This document shows, piece by piece, positions 41,271-50,000 of a stretch of DNA of 64,000 nt (positions are counted from its first letter, which is position 1; each line of letters opens with the position of its first letter). The notes under the pieces are model-generated. The model was not told the DNA's origin, searched no databases, and saw nothing but the letters and a program-made list of their open reading frames with translations. The position numbers and the translations under genes were made by a program. The DNA comes from Alphaproteobacteria bacterium (GTDB lineage: Bacteria; Pseudomonadota; Alphaproteobacteria; UBA828), in NCBI GenBank assembly GCA_965214705.1, contig CBDCCI010000002.1:2272001-2336000 (forward strand). The letters are read 5' to 3'.

Positions 41271-41447
41271 GGTGAACTTGCCGGGCGTGCCGGGGGGCGC
41301 GAGGCGGACGAAGAGGGATCGCCCGCGTCCGCCGTCGAGGTCGCCCGCGACCCAGTATCGGCCCCGGCGGCGTCCGTAGGGCAGGTAATGGCGGCACACG
41401 GCCTCGGCGCGTTCGGCGAGGGCTGCGGCGACGGAAGACGCGTTCAT
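41271..41447 (-). pseudogene. 5' stub of a second primase-like gene
   Basis: MNASSVAAALAERAEAVCRHYLPYGRRRGRYWVAGD...GRSLFVRL, homologous to the 40117-41163 N-terminus; truncated at GKFTD. Confidence 0.85.
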
Positions 41448-41650
41448 GGCGCGCACGTCGGGATCAGGCGGGAACCGGCGAAGCCGGGACCGTGAGCGGA
41501 GATGGAGAGCATGGGGACCTCGCTGGCCGCTGCGTGGGACGTGCCCGGTCCCGGCATCGCTCGGCCTCTCGTCGGCGCAGGGACGGCGGGCGGCGCGCGA
41601 AGCGCGAGCCCCACCGTCTGGCCCGTGAGGGGCTCGGATCAGGCTGCACG

Positions 41651-41688
41651 AAAAAGCCCACCCCGCGCGGGAGGAACGCGGGGTGGGC
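41651..41688 (-). terminator. Rho-independent terminator after ssb
   Basis: 12-bp stem GCCCACCCCGCG/CGCGGGGTGGGC followed by T5 on the minus strand. Confidence 0.75.
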
Positions 41689-41732
41689 TCTGGGGCGAGC
41701 GGGCTGAGGACGCCCGCTGCGAGGACAGGCAA

Positions 41733-42182
41733 CTAGAACGGGACGCCGTCTGTCCCTGCCGTAGCGGCATCGCCGGTCGGCGCAGCCTCACCGTCGGGCG
41801 CCTGGGCACCGTTGCCGTTGGTGCCGGCAGGCTTGTCCAAGAACTGGACGCGCGAACCAGGCACCAGCAGGATCTCGGTCGAGAACCGGTCGCTGTCCTC
41901 GCCCTCCTTGCGCCACTTCCTGGTCTGCATCTTGCCCGCGACGTAGACCAGCCGGCCCTTCTTCGCGTGCTTCTCCAGCATGTCGATCAGCCCGCTCTGG
42001 AAGCTGACGACCCGGTGCCACTCCGTCTTGTCGATCCGCTCGCCGCCGCCGGCCTTGTCGATGTACGACTCGTCGGTCGCGATGCTCAGGTTGGCCACGC
42101 GCCCGCCGCTCTGCAGGTGGTTGATCGTGACATCGGCGCCCAAGCGGCCAATGACTTCCGCCCTGTTCAGTCCGAAGGCCAT
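41733..42182 (-). CDS. ssb: Single-stranded DNA-binding protein
   Basis: LNRAEVIGRLG, TEWHRV, KGRLVYVAGKMQTRKW, C-terminal DGVPF. Confidence 0.95.
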   Translation of the reverse strand: MAFGLNRAEVIGRLGADVTINHLQSGGRVANLSIATDESYIDKAGGGERIDKTEWHRVVSFQSGLIDMLEKHAKKGRLVYVAGKMQTRKWRKEGEDSDRFSTEILLVPGSRVQFLDKPAGTNGNGAQAPDGEAAPTGDAATAGTDGVPF

Positions 42183-42589
42183 GATCCGTCTCCTTCTGTC
42201 GATCCTGGTTGATGACGATGGGTGGACGAACGGCGAGGAGACCCTCTCGATCCCCTTCCCGCTCACCCCTCGAAAGCTCTTCTCAACCTCTCCTCTGCAT
42301 CCGCCCCGATGGCTGCCGGTTTGCTTCGGCCTTGCCGCCGGCACGGACGCGAACGGCGGTGCGGCCGACGCGATGTCGTGGGGAAGTTTGTGGAGACGCG
42401 GGTCCCGCTGCGGTCCGCATCGGCGGCAGGATGGATCCCGAGCATGCATCCACTTCCGGCGGAGCGGCGCGGGACGAGTGCGGAGCGGCGCGGGAGGCCG
42501 ATGGCCGGCGGGCACCCAACCCACACAGCAGCTATAGCAAGCGGACTAGACCGGTATCCCCGCCGAAACTCTGCACGCGCTCGAAGGGG

Positions 42590-42808
42590 TCACTCGAAGT
42601 CGGTGCGGCGAAGCCCGGACTGCCGGATTATCGACATCAGCGTGCCGGTGCGCAGCTCCCGGTGGTCGGGCACCGGGACGGTGGTGGTCCGCCCGTCGTG
42701 CACCCGCTGCATCACGATGTGGCTGCCGCGCCTTCTCACCTGGGCGAAGCCGCGGGATTCGAGGATGCGGCAGACCTCGCGTCCTGAAAGAACCCGTTGC
42801 CTAGCCAA
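42590..42808 (-). CDS. hicA: HicA family toxin
   Basis: GF..VRRRGSH, VPVPDHRELRTGTLMSIIRQSG. Confidence 0.92.
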   Translation of the reverse strand: MARQRVLSGREVCRILESRGFAQVRRRGSHIVMQRVHDGRTTTVPVPDHRELRTGTLMSIIRQSGLRRTDFE

Positions 42809-43022
42809 CGGCCACCTCGACGTGGGTGATATAGAACTCGGTCCGGGTACGCCGCTCGACTTCCTCGGGAGACGCGGTTTCGAAGAACAGCGTCAGCGCT
42901 TCTTCGAGGTTGCTGCGCGCCTCGGTCACGCTGTCGCCCTGGCTGGCAACATCGATCTCGGGACAGAGCGCGACATACCCGTCGCCGTCGCGTTCGACGA
43001 TCGCCGTCAACCGCCTGTTCAT
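42801..43022 (-). CDS. hicB: HicB family antitoxin (short form)
   Basis: GYVALCPEIDVASQGDSVTEARSNLEEALTL. Confidence 0.92.
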   Translation of the reverse strand: MNRRLTAIVERDGDGYVALCPEIDVASQGDSVTEARSNLEEALTLFFETASPEEVERRTRTEFYITHVEVAVG

Positions 43023-43323
43023 ACCTGGCCTCCTTTTCCTCGCATGCAGACAGTCCGGGTCGACTGACTCTGGCATCGTCGCTGGCCGGCGACAATGAGG
43101 CCCGGCGTCGATCGGGCCTCAAGTGCGCTGGATCGGGACCGCCGGGCGGAGGAGCGTGGCGTGTTGGCGCGGCCGGAGTGGGCGGAATTCCACCGGCCGG
43201 CTTCAATGAAGCGGCGCGGCGCCCGGTGCGTCGAACGGCCGGCAATGGCTCCGGAACGGGAAAGTTCGCCGGGAGCCGGGCCGCAGGTGCGGCCGCTTCG
43301 GGACGCCTGTGCCCGCTCGGCGC

Positions 43324-44133
43324 TCATGCCGGCGGCAGCGCCATCAGCGGGACGTTGGAGAGGATCTCCACCTGGTCGGTGCGCAGGCGAGCGAAGGCGA
43401 TGCAGGCGGCGGCTTCGGATTCGGTCTCGAAGACGCCCAGCTCCTCGCCCGTCTCCAACTCGATCACGGCGATCTGCGGCGGCCACATCGACACGAGATG
43501 ACGCTCGGGCGCGCGAGAGTTGGACCGATATGCGCAGCGCAGGCAGCGGGCCGCGCCACCGGCAGGCGCCTTGCAATCTACACAGATGCCTTGGGCGCGG
43601 CGGGCGGCATATCGTTTCCTGCTGACGGCGCTCTCCCGCTCGGGGGAGACGCGTTCCTTCTCCAGCGCGAGGCACCGGCCGCAGCGCGACAGGCCGCCGA
43701 CCGTGGGCTGCCTGCAGCGCACGCAGCGACCGGCGGCCTTTCGCGCGGCATAGCGCCGGCGGTCGAGTGCGCGCCTGGCCTTGCGGCATGGTTCGCAGAC
43801 GGAGCGGCTCTCCTCCGGGCGGCGGAGGCCGCACGACGTGCAAAGTCCCGCCTCCTGGCGCGCCCTCCGCCGCCGCCTGTCGCCGGCGCGGTCGGCTCTG
43901 CGGCAGCGCTCCGGGTCGCGGCCGCGGTAGAGCCTGCCTTGAGACCTGGCCCTGTCACGGCGAACCTTCTCGGCGGCGCGGCGCTTCTCGGCGCAACCGC
44001 CGCACACCTTCAGGCCGGGTTCAGGCGGAACGCGGCCGCAGCGGGTACACAAGCCCCGTGCGATGCGGTCGGCATGGCGTTGGCGGAGGAAGCGATCGTG
44101 CGCCTCCTTCCTGGCGGCGTCCCGGTGGGGCAT
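43324..44133 (-). CDS. Arg-rich protein with four tandem CxxC-CxxC repeats
   Basis: GLCTRC...CGGC, GLCTSC...CEPC, GRCVRC...CGRC, GICVDC...CLRC. Confidence 0.75.
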   Translation of the reverse strand: MPHRDAARKEAHDRFLRQRHADRIARGLCTRCGRVPPEPGLKVCGGCAEKRRAAEKVRRDRARSQGRLYRGRDPERCRRADRAGDRRRRRARQEAGLCTSCGLRRPEESRSVCEPCRKARRALDRRRYAARKAAGRCVRCRQPTVGGLSRCGRCLALEKERVSPERESAVSRKRYAARRAQGICVDCKAPAGGAARCLRCAYRSNSRAPERHLVSMWPPQIAVIELETGEELGVFETESEAAACIAFARLRTDQVEILSNVPLMALPPA

Positions 44134-44148
44134 GACAGGGATGCCCGC

Positions 44149-44472
44149 TCAGCGCGCATAGCGCGTGGCCAGGAAACCGGCCGCCGCAGAACCCCAGTAC
44201 TGGATGCCCGAGGCCTTCAGGTTCAGCGCCGTGCACACGATGATCTCGTCGCGCTCGGGCCGCAGCTTCTTGACCGCAGCCACGCCTGCGACGATGCGCC
44301 TCCGCCTGCGACGGCCCGTCGCTCTCGGCTGCTCGGGCTCGACGGGATGGATCTGGCCGTCGGAGTCCGAGCGGTATTTCTCGATCACGTAGCGGTCCCC
44401 TTCCAGGCCCCGCCCGAATACGTGCACCAGGTAGGTCTGCGCGTCGCGATGGAACATCCGGCCGATCCGCAT
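44149..44472 (-). CDS. Hypothetical protein
   Basis: GAGGGGG RBS before ATG at 44472; co-oriented with the Cys-repeat gene. Confidence 0.55.
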   Translation of the reverse strand: MRIGRMFHRDAQTYLVHVFGRGLEGDRYVIEKYRSDSDGQIHPVEPEQPRATGRRRRRRIVAGVAAVKKLRPERDEIIVCTALNLKASGIQYWGSAAAGFLATRYAR

Positions 44473-44677
44473 CGTCCGTTCCCCCTCGTTCGTGGTCGCC
44501 GTGGGGGCAACGCTCTTCGCAACGCCGCCCCCGCCGCCTGCGTCCCGGCCGGCCTCTGCCTCACGCCGGCGCGCGGACCCCATGGCGGCGAAGGGCGCGG
44601 GGCTATGAGTAGGAACGCCGCCTCTCTAGAGGCGGCGCCGTCGGAAGGATCGGAAATGCGCGACGCGTTAGCAGGTA

Positions 44678-44772
44678 CTCGGGTTGCAGGGATCGGCGCA
44701 ACACGGATTGCACGCAGCACACGGGTTGCAGGGATCCGCGGGGCACGGGTTGCATGCGGCGCACGGGTTGCA
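44678..44772 (+). repeat. Five iteron-like direct repeats (CACGGGTTGCA consensus)
   Basis: GG(G/A)TTGCA cores at 44681, 44705, 44723, 44747 and 44765. Confidence 0.85.
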
Positions 44773-44974
44773 CGGATCATGCGAGTCCGCGATGACGATC
44801 CGCCCGTCATCAGCGGATACTCGACCATCCGCCTGAGGCCCGACAGCGCGACCGGGACCGGACTGGAAACCCGACCCGAGATATAATTATTTTTCATCGG
44901 TCAAGATGCGATTGAGACCGGCCCCACAAGCCCCGTGCCGGATCCGGGGAGTTGGGCCGTAGGGGGAGCCCGCC

Positions 44975-45454
44975 ATGAGAAAGCCTCGGGGGTACAACCT
45001 GAGCACCGCGCACCTTGAGGCGCCGGGACCGTGGCGCGTTGGCGGTGAAGACGATGCGGGAATTCACGTGCTCGACGCGAATGGGGAGCGCGTGGCAACC
45101 ATCTGGAAAACGCCGGTGCGCTCGGTTTCGACGCTGGAGGCGATCCAGGCGCTCGTGGTCCGTATGGGTGACGAGGTGCGCGCTACGCGCCTGTGTGCGA
45201 ATCCCGAGTGCAGGCGCGCGTTTGACGCCCCCAGCCGCACGCAGAAGCACTGCTCGGCTGGGTGTGCCATGGCCACACAGCCACGTGTCATCAAGGCCCG
45301 CAAGCGCGATGAGCACGCGTATGAACTGCGGGTGCAGGGACTGACATGGAGAGAGGTCGCGGAGCGCTGTGGCTACTCCCATCCCGAACGGGCGCGAATC
45401 TGCGCACAGAAGCACGCGCGTCGTAACGGATTGACCATGCCGACACGGGGCTGA
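44975..45454 (+). CDS. Putative zinc-finger + HTH DNA-binding protein
   Basis: CANPECRRAF...KHCSAGC and AYELRVQGLTWREVAERCGYS. Confidence 0.65.
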   Translation: MRKPRGYNLSTAHLEAPGPWRVGGEDDAGIHVLDANGERVATIWKTPVRSVSTLEAIQALVVRMGDEVRATRLCANPECRRAFDAPSRTQKHCSAGCAMATQPRVIKARKRDEHAYELRVQGLTWREVAERCGYSHPERARICAQKHARRNGLTMPTRG

Positions 45455-45479
45455 TTGTTGAATGGGGCGGCAATGGCCA

Positions 45480-45660
45480 ATTCGCGCGCGCATCTCCTCT
45501 GACGAGACCGACTTGCGGTGCACTGGCCGGAACCAACCCATCTGCCAGAGCCGGGCGATCCCCTCAGCATCCCGACGGTCGATCTTGATCGGCATCGCCT
45601 TCAGCGCGGCCTTCACCCGCCGGGTTTCCATCAGCACGGCCTCGAAGCCGGCGTCGGTCC
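45480..45660 (-). pseudogene. IS110-family transposase fragment
   Basis: AGFEAVLMETRRVKAALKAMPIKIDRRDAEGIARL.QMGWFRPVHRKS (KTDxxDA region). Confidence 0.75.
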
Positions 45661-45724
45661 TCCTCGTTCCATAACCTAAGGGTGGACCCATTCGATGGGG
45701 GAGGATCAGTCGGGTCCGGAGCCT

Positions 45725-46432
45725 TCAGAGGAGGCCGCGCTCGGCGAAGCTGACCACCTCCCCGTCGCCGACGACGAAGTGGTCGATGAGGCGCACGTCG
45801 ACGAGCGCGAGCGCCTCGGCGAGGCGCTTGGTGAGGACGCGGTCGGTGGCGCTGGGCTCCGCAACCCCCGAGGGGTGCCCATGAGCCACCACGAGCGCGG
45901 AGGCGTTGTGCCCGAGCGCGCGGCGCACCACCACGCGCGGATGCACGCTGGCGCCGTCCACCGTGCCCTGAAAGAGGGTCTCGCTGGCGATCGGCCGGTG
46001 CCGGCTGTCGAGGAAGACGGCGACGAAGACCTCGTTGCGGTAGCCCCGAAGCCGGGCCTCCAGGTAGCGCCGGGTATGGCTCGGCGAGGTGAGCGCGCCG
46101 TCGCGGCGAAGCCGCGCCTGCATCCAGCGCGCGTGCAGCTCGTGAAACGCATGCACCCGCGCGCGATCCTCGGCGGGGAGGAGGACGGTGCGGAGCGGAT
46201 CGTCGGGGTCGTCGAGGAGCTCCCTGAGCCCCCCGGCGGCGGCGAGCGCCGCGGCGTCGAGGCGCACACCGAGGAGGGCGAGGAGCTCGTGGTCTTCGAG
46301 GGCGGCGGGGCCGGCGCGCTCGATGCGCGCGAGCACGGGCTCGGGCGCCGGCTTGGGCCGGGCCTTGCGCCGTGCGGGCCGGGGCGTGCGGAACGCGGCC
46401 GGGACGGCGGTAGCGGTGGCGGTGTGCGGCAT
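45725..46432 (-). CDS. radC: RadC family JAB-domain protein
   Basis: LEDHELLALL, VHPR, AHGHPSG..EPS..D, LIDHFVVG, SFAERGLL. Confidence 0.92.
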   Translation of the reverse strand: MPHTATATAVPAAFRTPRPARRKARPKPAPEPVLARIERAGPAALEDHELLALLGVRLDAAALAAAGGLRELLDDPDDPLRTVLLPAEDRARVHAFHELHARWMQARLRRDGALTSPSHTRRYLEARLRGYRNEVFVAVFLDSRHRPIASETLFQGTVDGASVHPRVVVRRALGHNASALVVAHGHPSGVAEPSATDRVLTKRLAEALALVDVRLIDHFVVGDGEVVSFAERGLL

Positions 46433-46692
46433 GACGCCTCCATGGTCGGCAGCGGAGGGGGAGCGGCCCGGAAGCTCTCCACTACACTCCGGAGCCGCGC
46501 CCTCGGCCGCGCCCGGCTCCGCCTCGTTGTGAGGCGTCAGGCGGAATCGGGCTGCAATGCCCCGTGGACGTCAGGCCGGCGGCACGGGCCCCGGGTGGCG
46601 GGTCGCGGGCCGGCGAGACGTCTCCCGCGGGCCGGGTCGGTGGGAGGCGGCGAACGCCGGGCCGGCTGCGCAGCCCGGGGGACGGCGGGGCG

Positions 46693-46962
46693 TCAGTGCT
46701 CGGCGGGGTCGCCGGGCTCGCGCGTCTCCGCGCGCATGGATTGCGCGGCGAGCTCGGTCCACTGGTCCCGCGTCAGGCCGAGGCGCCGGTTCAGCTTGTC
46801 GCACAGGCGCTCGGCGTCCTCGACGGTGAGCGCCACCAGCGCCGTCGGGATGAATCCGCTCATCCCCTCGATGACGATGCGGATCTGCTGCACCTCGTCC
46901 TCGACGTCGTAGGCGGGCACGAAACAGTAGTTCGGGTCGTCCGGCAGGGTCTGGGCGGTCAT
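46693..46962 (-). CDS. Small hypothetical protein
   Basis: MTAQTLPDDPNYCFVP...DKLNRRLGL; GGAG RBS. Confidence 0.65.
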   Translation of the reverse strand: MTAQTLPDDPNYCFVPAYDVEDEVQQIRIVIEGMSGFIPTALVALTVEDAERLCDKLNRRLGLTRDQWTELAAQSMRAETREPGDPAEH

Positions 46963-47098
46963 GGCGGCTCTCCGTGTGTGCAGGAAGCGAACCCGCGGCC
47001 GGCGGGCCGGCGGCACGTGCCCCGCGCGCGGCGGCGCGGGGGATGGTAGCGGACGGGCCGGCCCCCCGGCGGGCGAACGGGAGGCCGGCGGTACGGAC

Positions 47099-50000
47099 TC
47101 ATGCGGCGAGCGGCCAGCGCTCGAGGATGCGGTCGAGGACCTGCGCCCCGGGGGCGAAGGCGCGAGCGCGCCAGGAGACGATCTCGACGGTGCAGCCCAT
47201 GCGCCGGAGCGTCGCGGTGTCGGTGTCGGCCGGTCCCTCGATCTCGATGCGGTCCGCGCCCATGATGCGCCGGCGCGCAAGGCGCCAGCCGTTGGCGAGC
47301 GCAAGCGCCGTGCCCCGGCCCATGACCGCCTCGAAGGCTTCCGCGCCGGTCATGGCGAAGGCGGTGTCGAGGCCGAAGCTCCCACGCACGGCGCGCACCT
47401 GCTCGGCGTCGAGCACGCGCCCGATGAGGGCGTCGCCGTCGTCGGTCGAGAGCCTTCGCACCCGCATGTTCTCCGCGGGCAGCCGGTCCCAGACCGGCAG
47501 GAGCAAGCCCGCCGCGAGCCAGAAGCGCGATTCCCGGTGCGTCGGAAGCTCGGAAACCTCGTGCTCCCAGAGCGCGCGCCAGGTCGCCTCGTCGGCGGGC
47601 CGCCAGTGCGAGGCGTCGAGCTCATGCCTCGCCATGGACTCGCGCGTGGCGGGGCGCACCAGGCGCACGCGCTCCTGCACCCCGCCGTCGTCGAGCATGT
47701 GCGACGTGGCGGACAGGACGACGGCGGCGCGCTTCGAGCGTGCGTTGACCACCAGCCTCGGCTTGCCGTCGGGGCCGGGCTCGTGCTCACTCAACGCGAG
47801 CGCCGTCTCGGCGGTGGTGGGCGCAAGGCGATCGCGGCGCAGGATCTCGACGAGCTCGGTGGCCGCCCCGGTGCCCGGATGCGTGTAGAGCGTCTCGCGG
47901 TCCGAGGCGATGAGCGAGTCGGCACGCACGGTCTCGACCCCGACCTCGAAGACGCCGGCCTCGACGGCCTGCTCGATGTTGGCCTCGATGCGGGTCTCGA
48001 GTGCTGCGAAGAGCGCGTTCTGCTCGTCGATGGGCAAGGCCAGCAGGCGGTTGAGGAACCGCGACATCGGCGGCAGCTCCTCCTTGAGGCTCCCCTCGTG
48101 GACGAGCTTGAGACCCGTCGCCTTCTGGAAGCGGTCGACCGACCAGTCCGGGATGTGCCCGAGCGAGAGCGCGATGTAGAACTGGCGCAGCGCCATCTTG
48201 GCGTACAGGCTCTCCAGGTTGTCGCTCGCGCGGAAGAGCGTGGCGTCGCCGCCGCCCATCGCGGTCTGGCTGTCGCGCTGGCCGCGGGTGATGGCGCCGA
48301 GGCTATCGAGCCGCCGCGCGATGGTCGCGATGAACCTGCGCTCGCCCTTCACGTTCGTCGTCACGGGGCGGAAGAGCGGCGCCGACGCCTGGTGCGTCCT
48401 GTGGGTGCGCCCCAAGCCCTGGATGGCCTGGTCCGCGCGCCATCCCGATTCGAGGAGATAGTGGACCCGGCGCTCGGTGTTGGCGCAAGCGAGGTCCGCG
48501 TGGTAGCTCCGGCCCGTCCCGCCCGCCATGCTGAAGATGAGGATGCGCTTGGTGCCGTCCATGAAGGCGGCGGTCTCGGCGAGGTTGGCCGAGGCGGGCC
48601 GGCCGCGGAGCGCGAGGCGCAACCCCCGCGCGTCGGTCACCTTGACCACCCGGCGCGAGCGACCGGTCACCTCCGCCACCGCGTCGTGGCCGAAGTGGTG
48701 GACGAGCTGGTCCAGCGCCGAGGGCACCGGCGGCAGCGCGGCCAGCTTCTCGATGAGGGCGTCGCGCCGCGCCACCGCCTCCTGGCAGAGCACGGGGTGG
48801 CCGTCGTCGTCGACCACCGGCCGCGACAGGACGTTGCCGTCCTCGTCGGTGAAGGGCTCCTGGAGCTGCACCGGGAAGGCGTGCGCCAGGAACTCGATGA
48901 CCGTCTCGCGGGGCGTCAGGTCGACGTGGAGGTCGTCGAGCTCCGACGCCGGTATCTCGACGATGCGCCGCTCCATCAGCGCCTCGCCGGTCGAGACGAG
49001 CTGCACGACGACGGAGCGCCCGGCGTCGAGGTCGGCCTCGATCGCGCGGATGAGCGAGGGGCACTTCATCGAGGTCAGCAGGTGCCCGAAGAAGCGCTGC
49101 TTCGCGCCCTCGAAGGCGGACATCGCGGCGGACTTCGCGTTCTTGTTCCGCGTGGCCTCCTCGTCGACGATGCCGGTGGCCTTGAGCGCGGCCTCGATGT
49201 TGTGGTGGATGACCTTGAAGGCGCCCGCGTAGGCGTCGTAGATGCGCCGCTGGGCGTCGGACAGCGGGTGCTCCAGAATGTCGACCTCGACCCCGTCGTA
49301 GGAGAGCGCGCGGGCCTGGTAGAGCCCGAGGGCCTTCAGGTCCCGCGCGACCACCTCCAATGCCGCGACCCCGCCCGCCTCCATCGCGGAGACGAAGTCG
49401 GTGCGGGTCTCGAACGGGGTCTCGCCGGCGGCCCAGAGACCGAGGCGCTCGGCGTAGGCGAGGCCGGGGACGGTGGTGGCGCCGGTCGCCGACACGTAGG
49501 CGATGCGCGCATCGGGGAGCGCGCGCTGGAGGCGAAGCCCGGCGCGGCCCTGCTGCGAGGGGGCGACCTCGCCGCGATTGCCCTTCGAGCCCGCCGCGTT
49601 CGCCATCGCGTGCGCCTCGTCGAAGACGATGACGCCGTCGAAGGCGTGGCGGTCGTCCTCGTCGAGCGAGCCCGCGAGCCAGCCGACGATCTGGTCGAGG
49701 CGCGAGGGCTTGCCCTGGCGGGCCGGCGAGCGCAGCGTCGCGTAGGTCGCGAAGAGGATCCCCTCGTCGAGCGGGATCTCGGCACCCTGGCGGAACTTCC
49801 CCAGGGCGATGACGTCCTCGTCGCGCCCGCCGAGCGCAGTCCAGTCGCGGCGCGCGTCCTCGACGAGCTTGTCCGACTGCGAGAGCCACAGGGCGCGCTT
49901 CCGGCCGCGGTGCCACTGGTCGAGCACGACGGCGGCGACCTGGCGGCCCTTGCCGCACCCGGTGCCGTCGCCGAGCGCCCAGCCGCGGCGGAACCGAACC

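Noticed and set aside
44678-44772. Repeats as a CRISPR array
   Set aside because: Units are only about 11 bp with 7-13 bp gaps and no cas genes are present; kept as iteron-like repeats.
45480-45690. Active IS110/bridge-RNA system
   Set aside because: Only about 60 codons of transposase remain; no C-terminal domain or recognisable ends.
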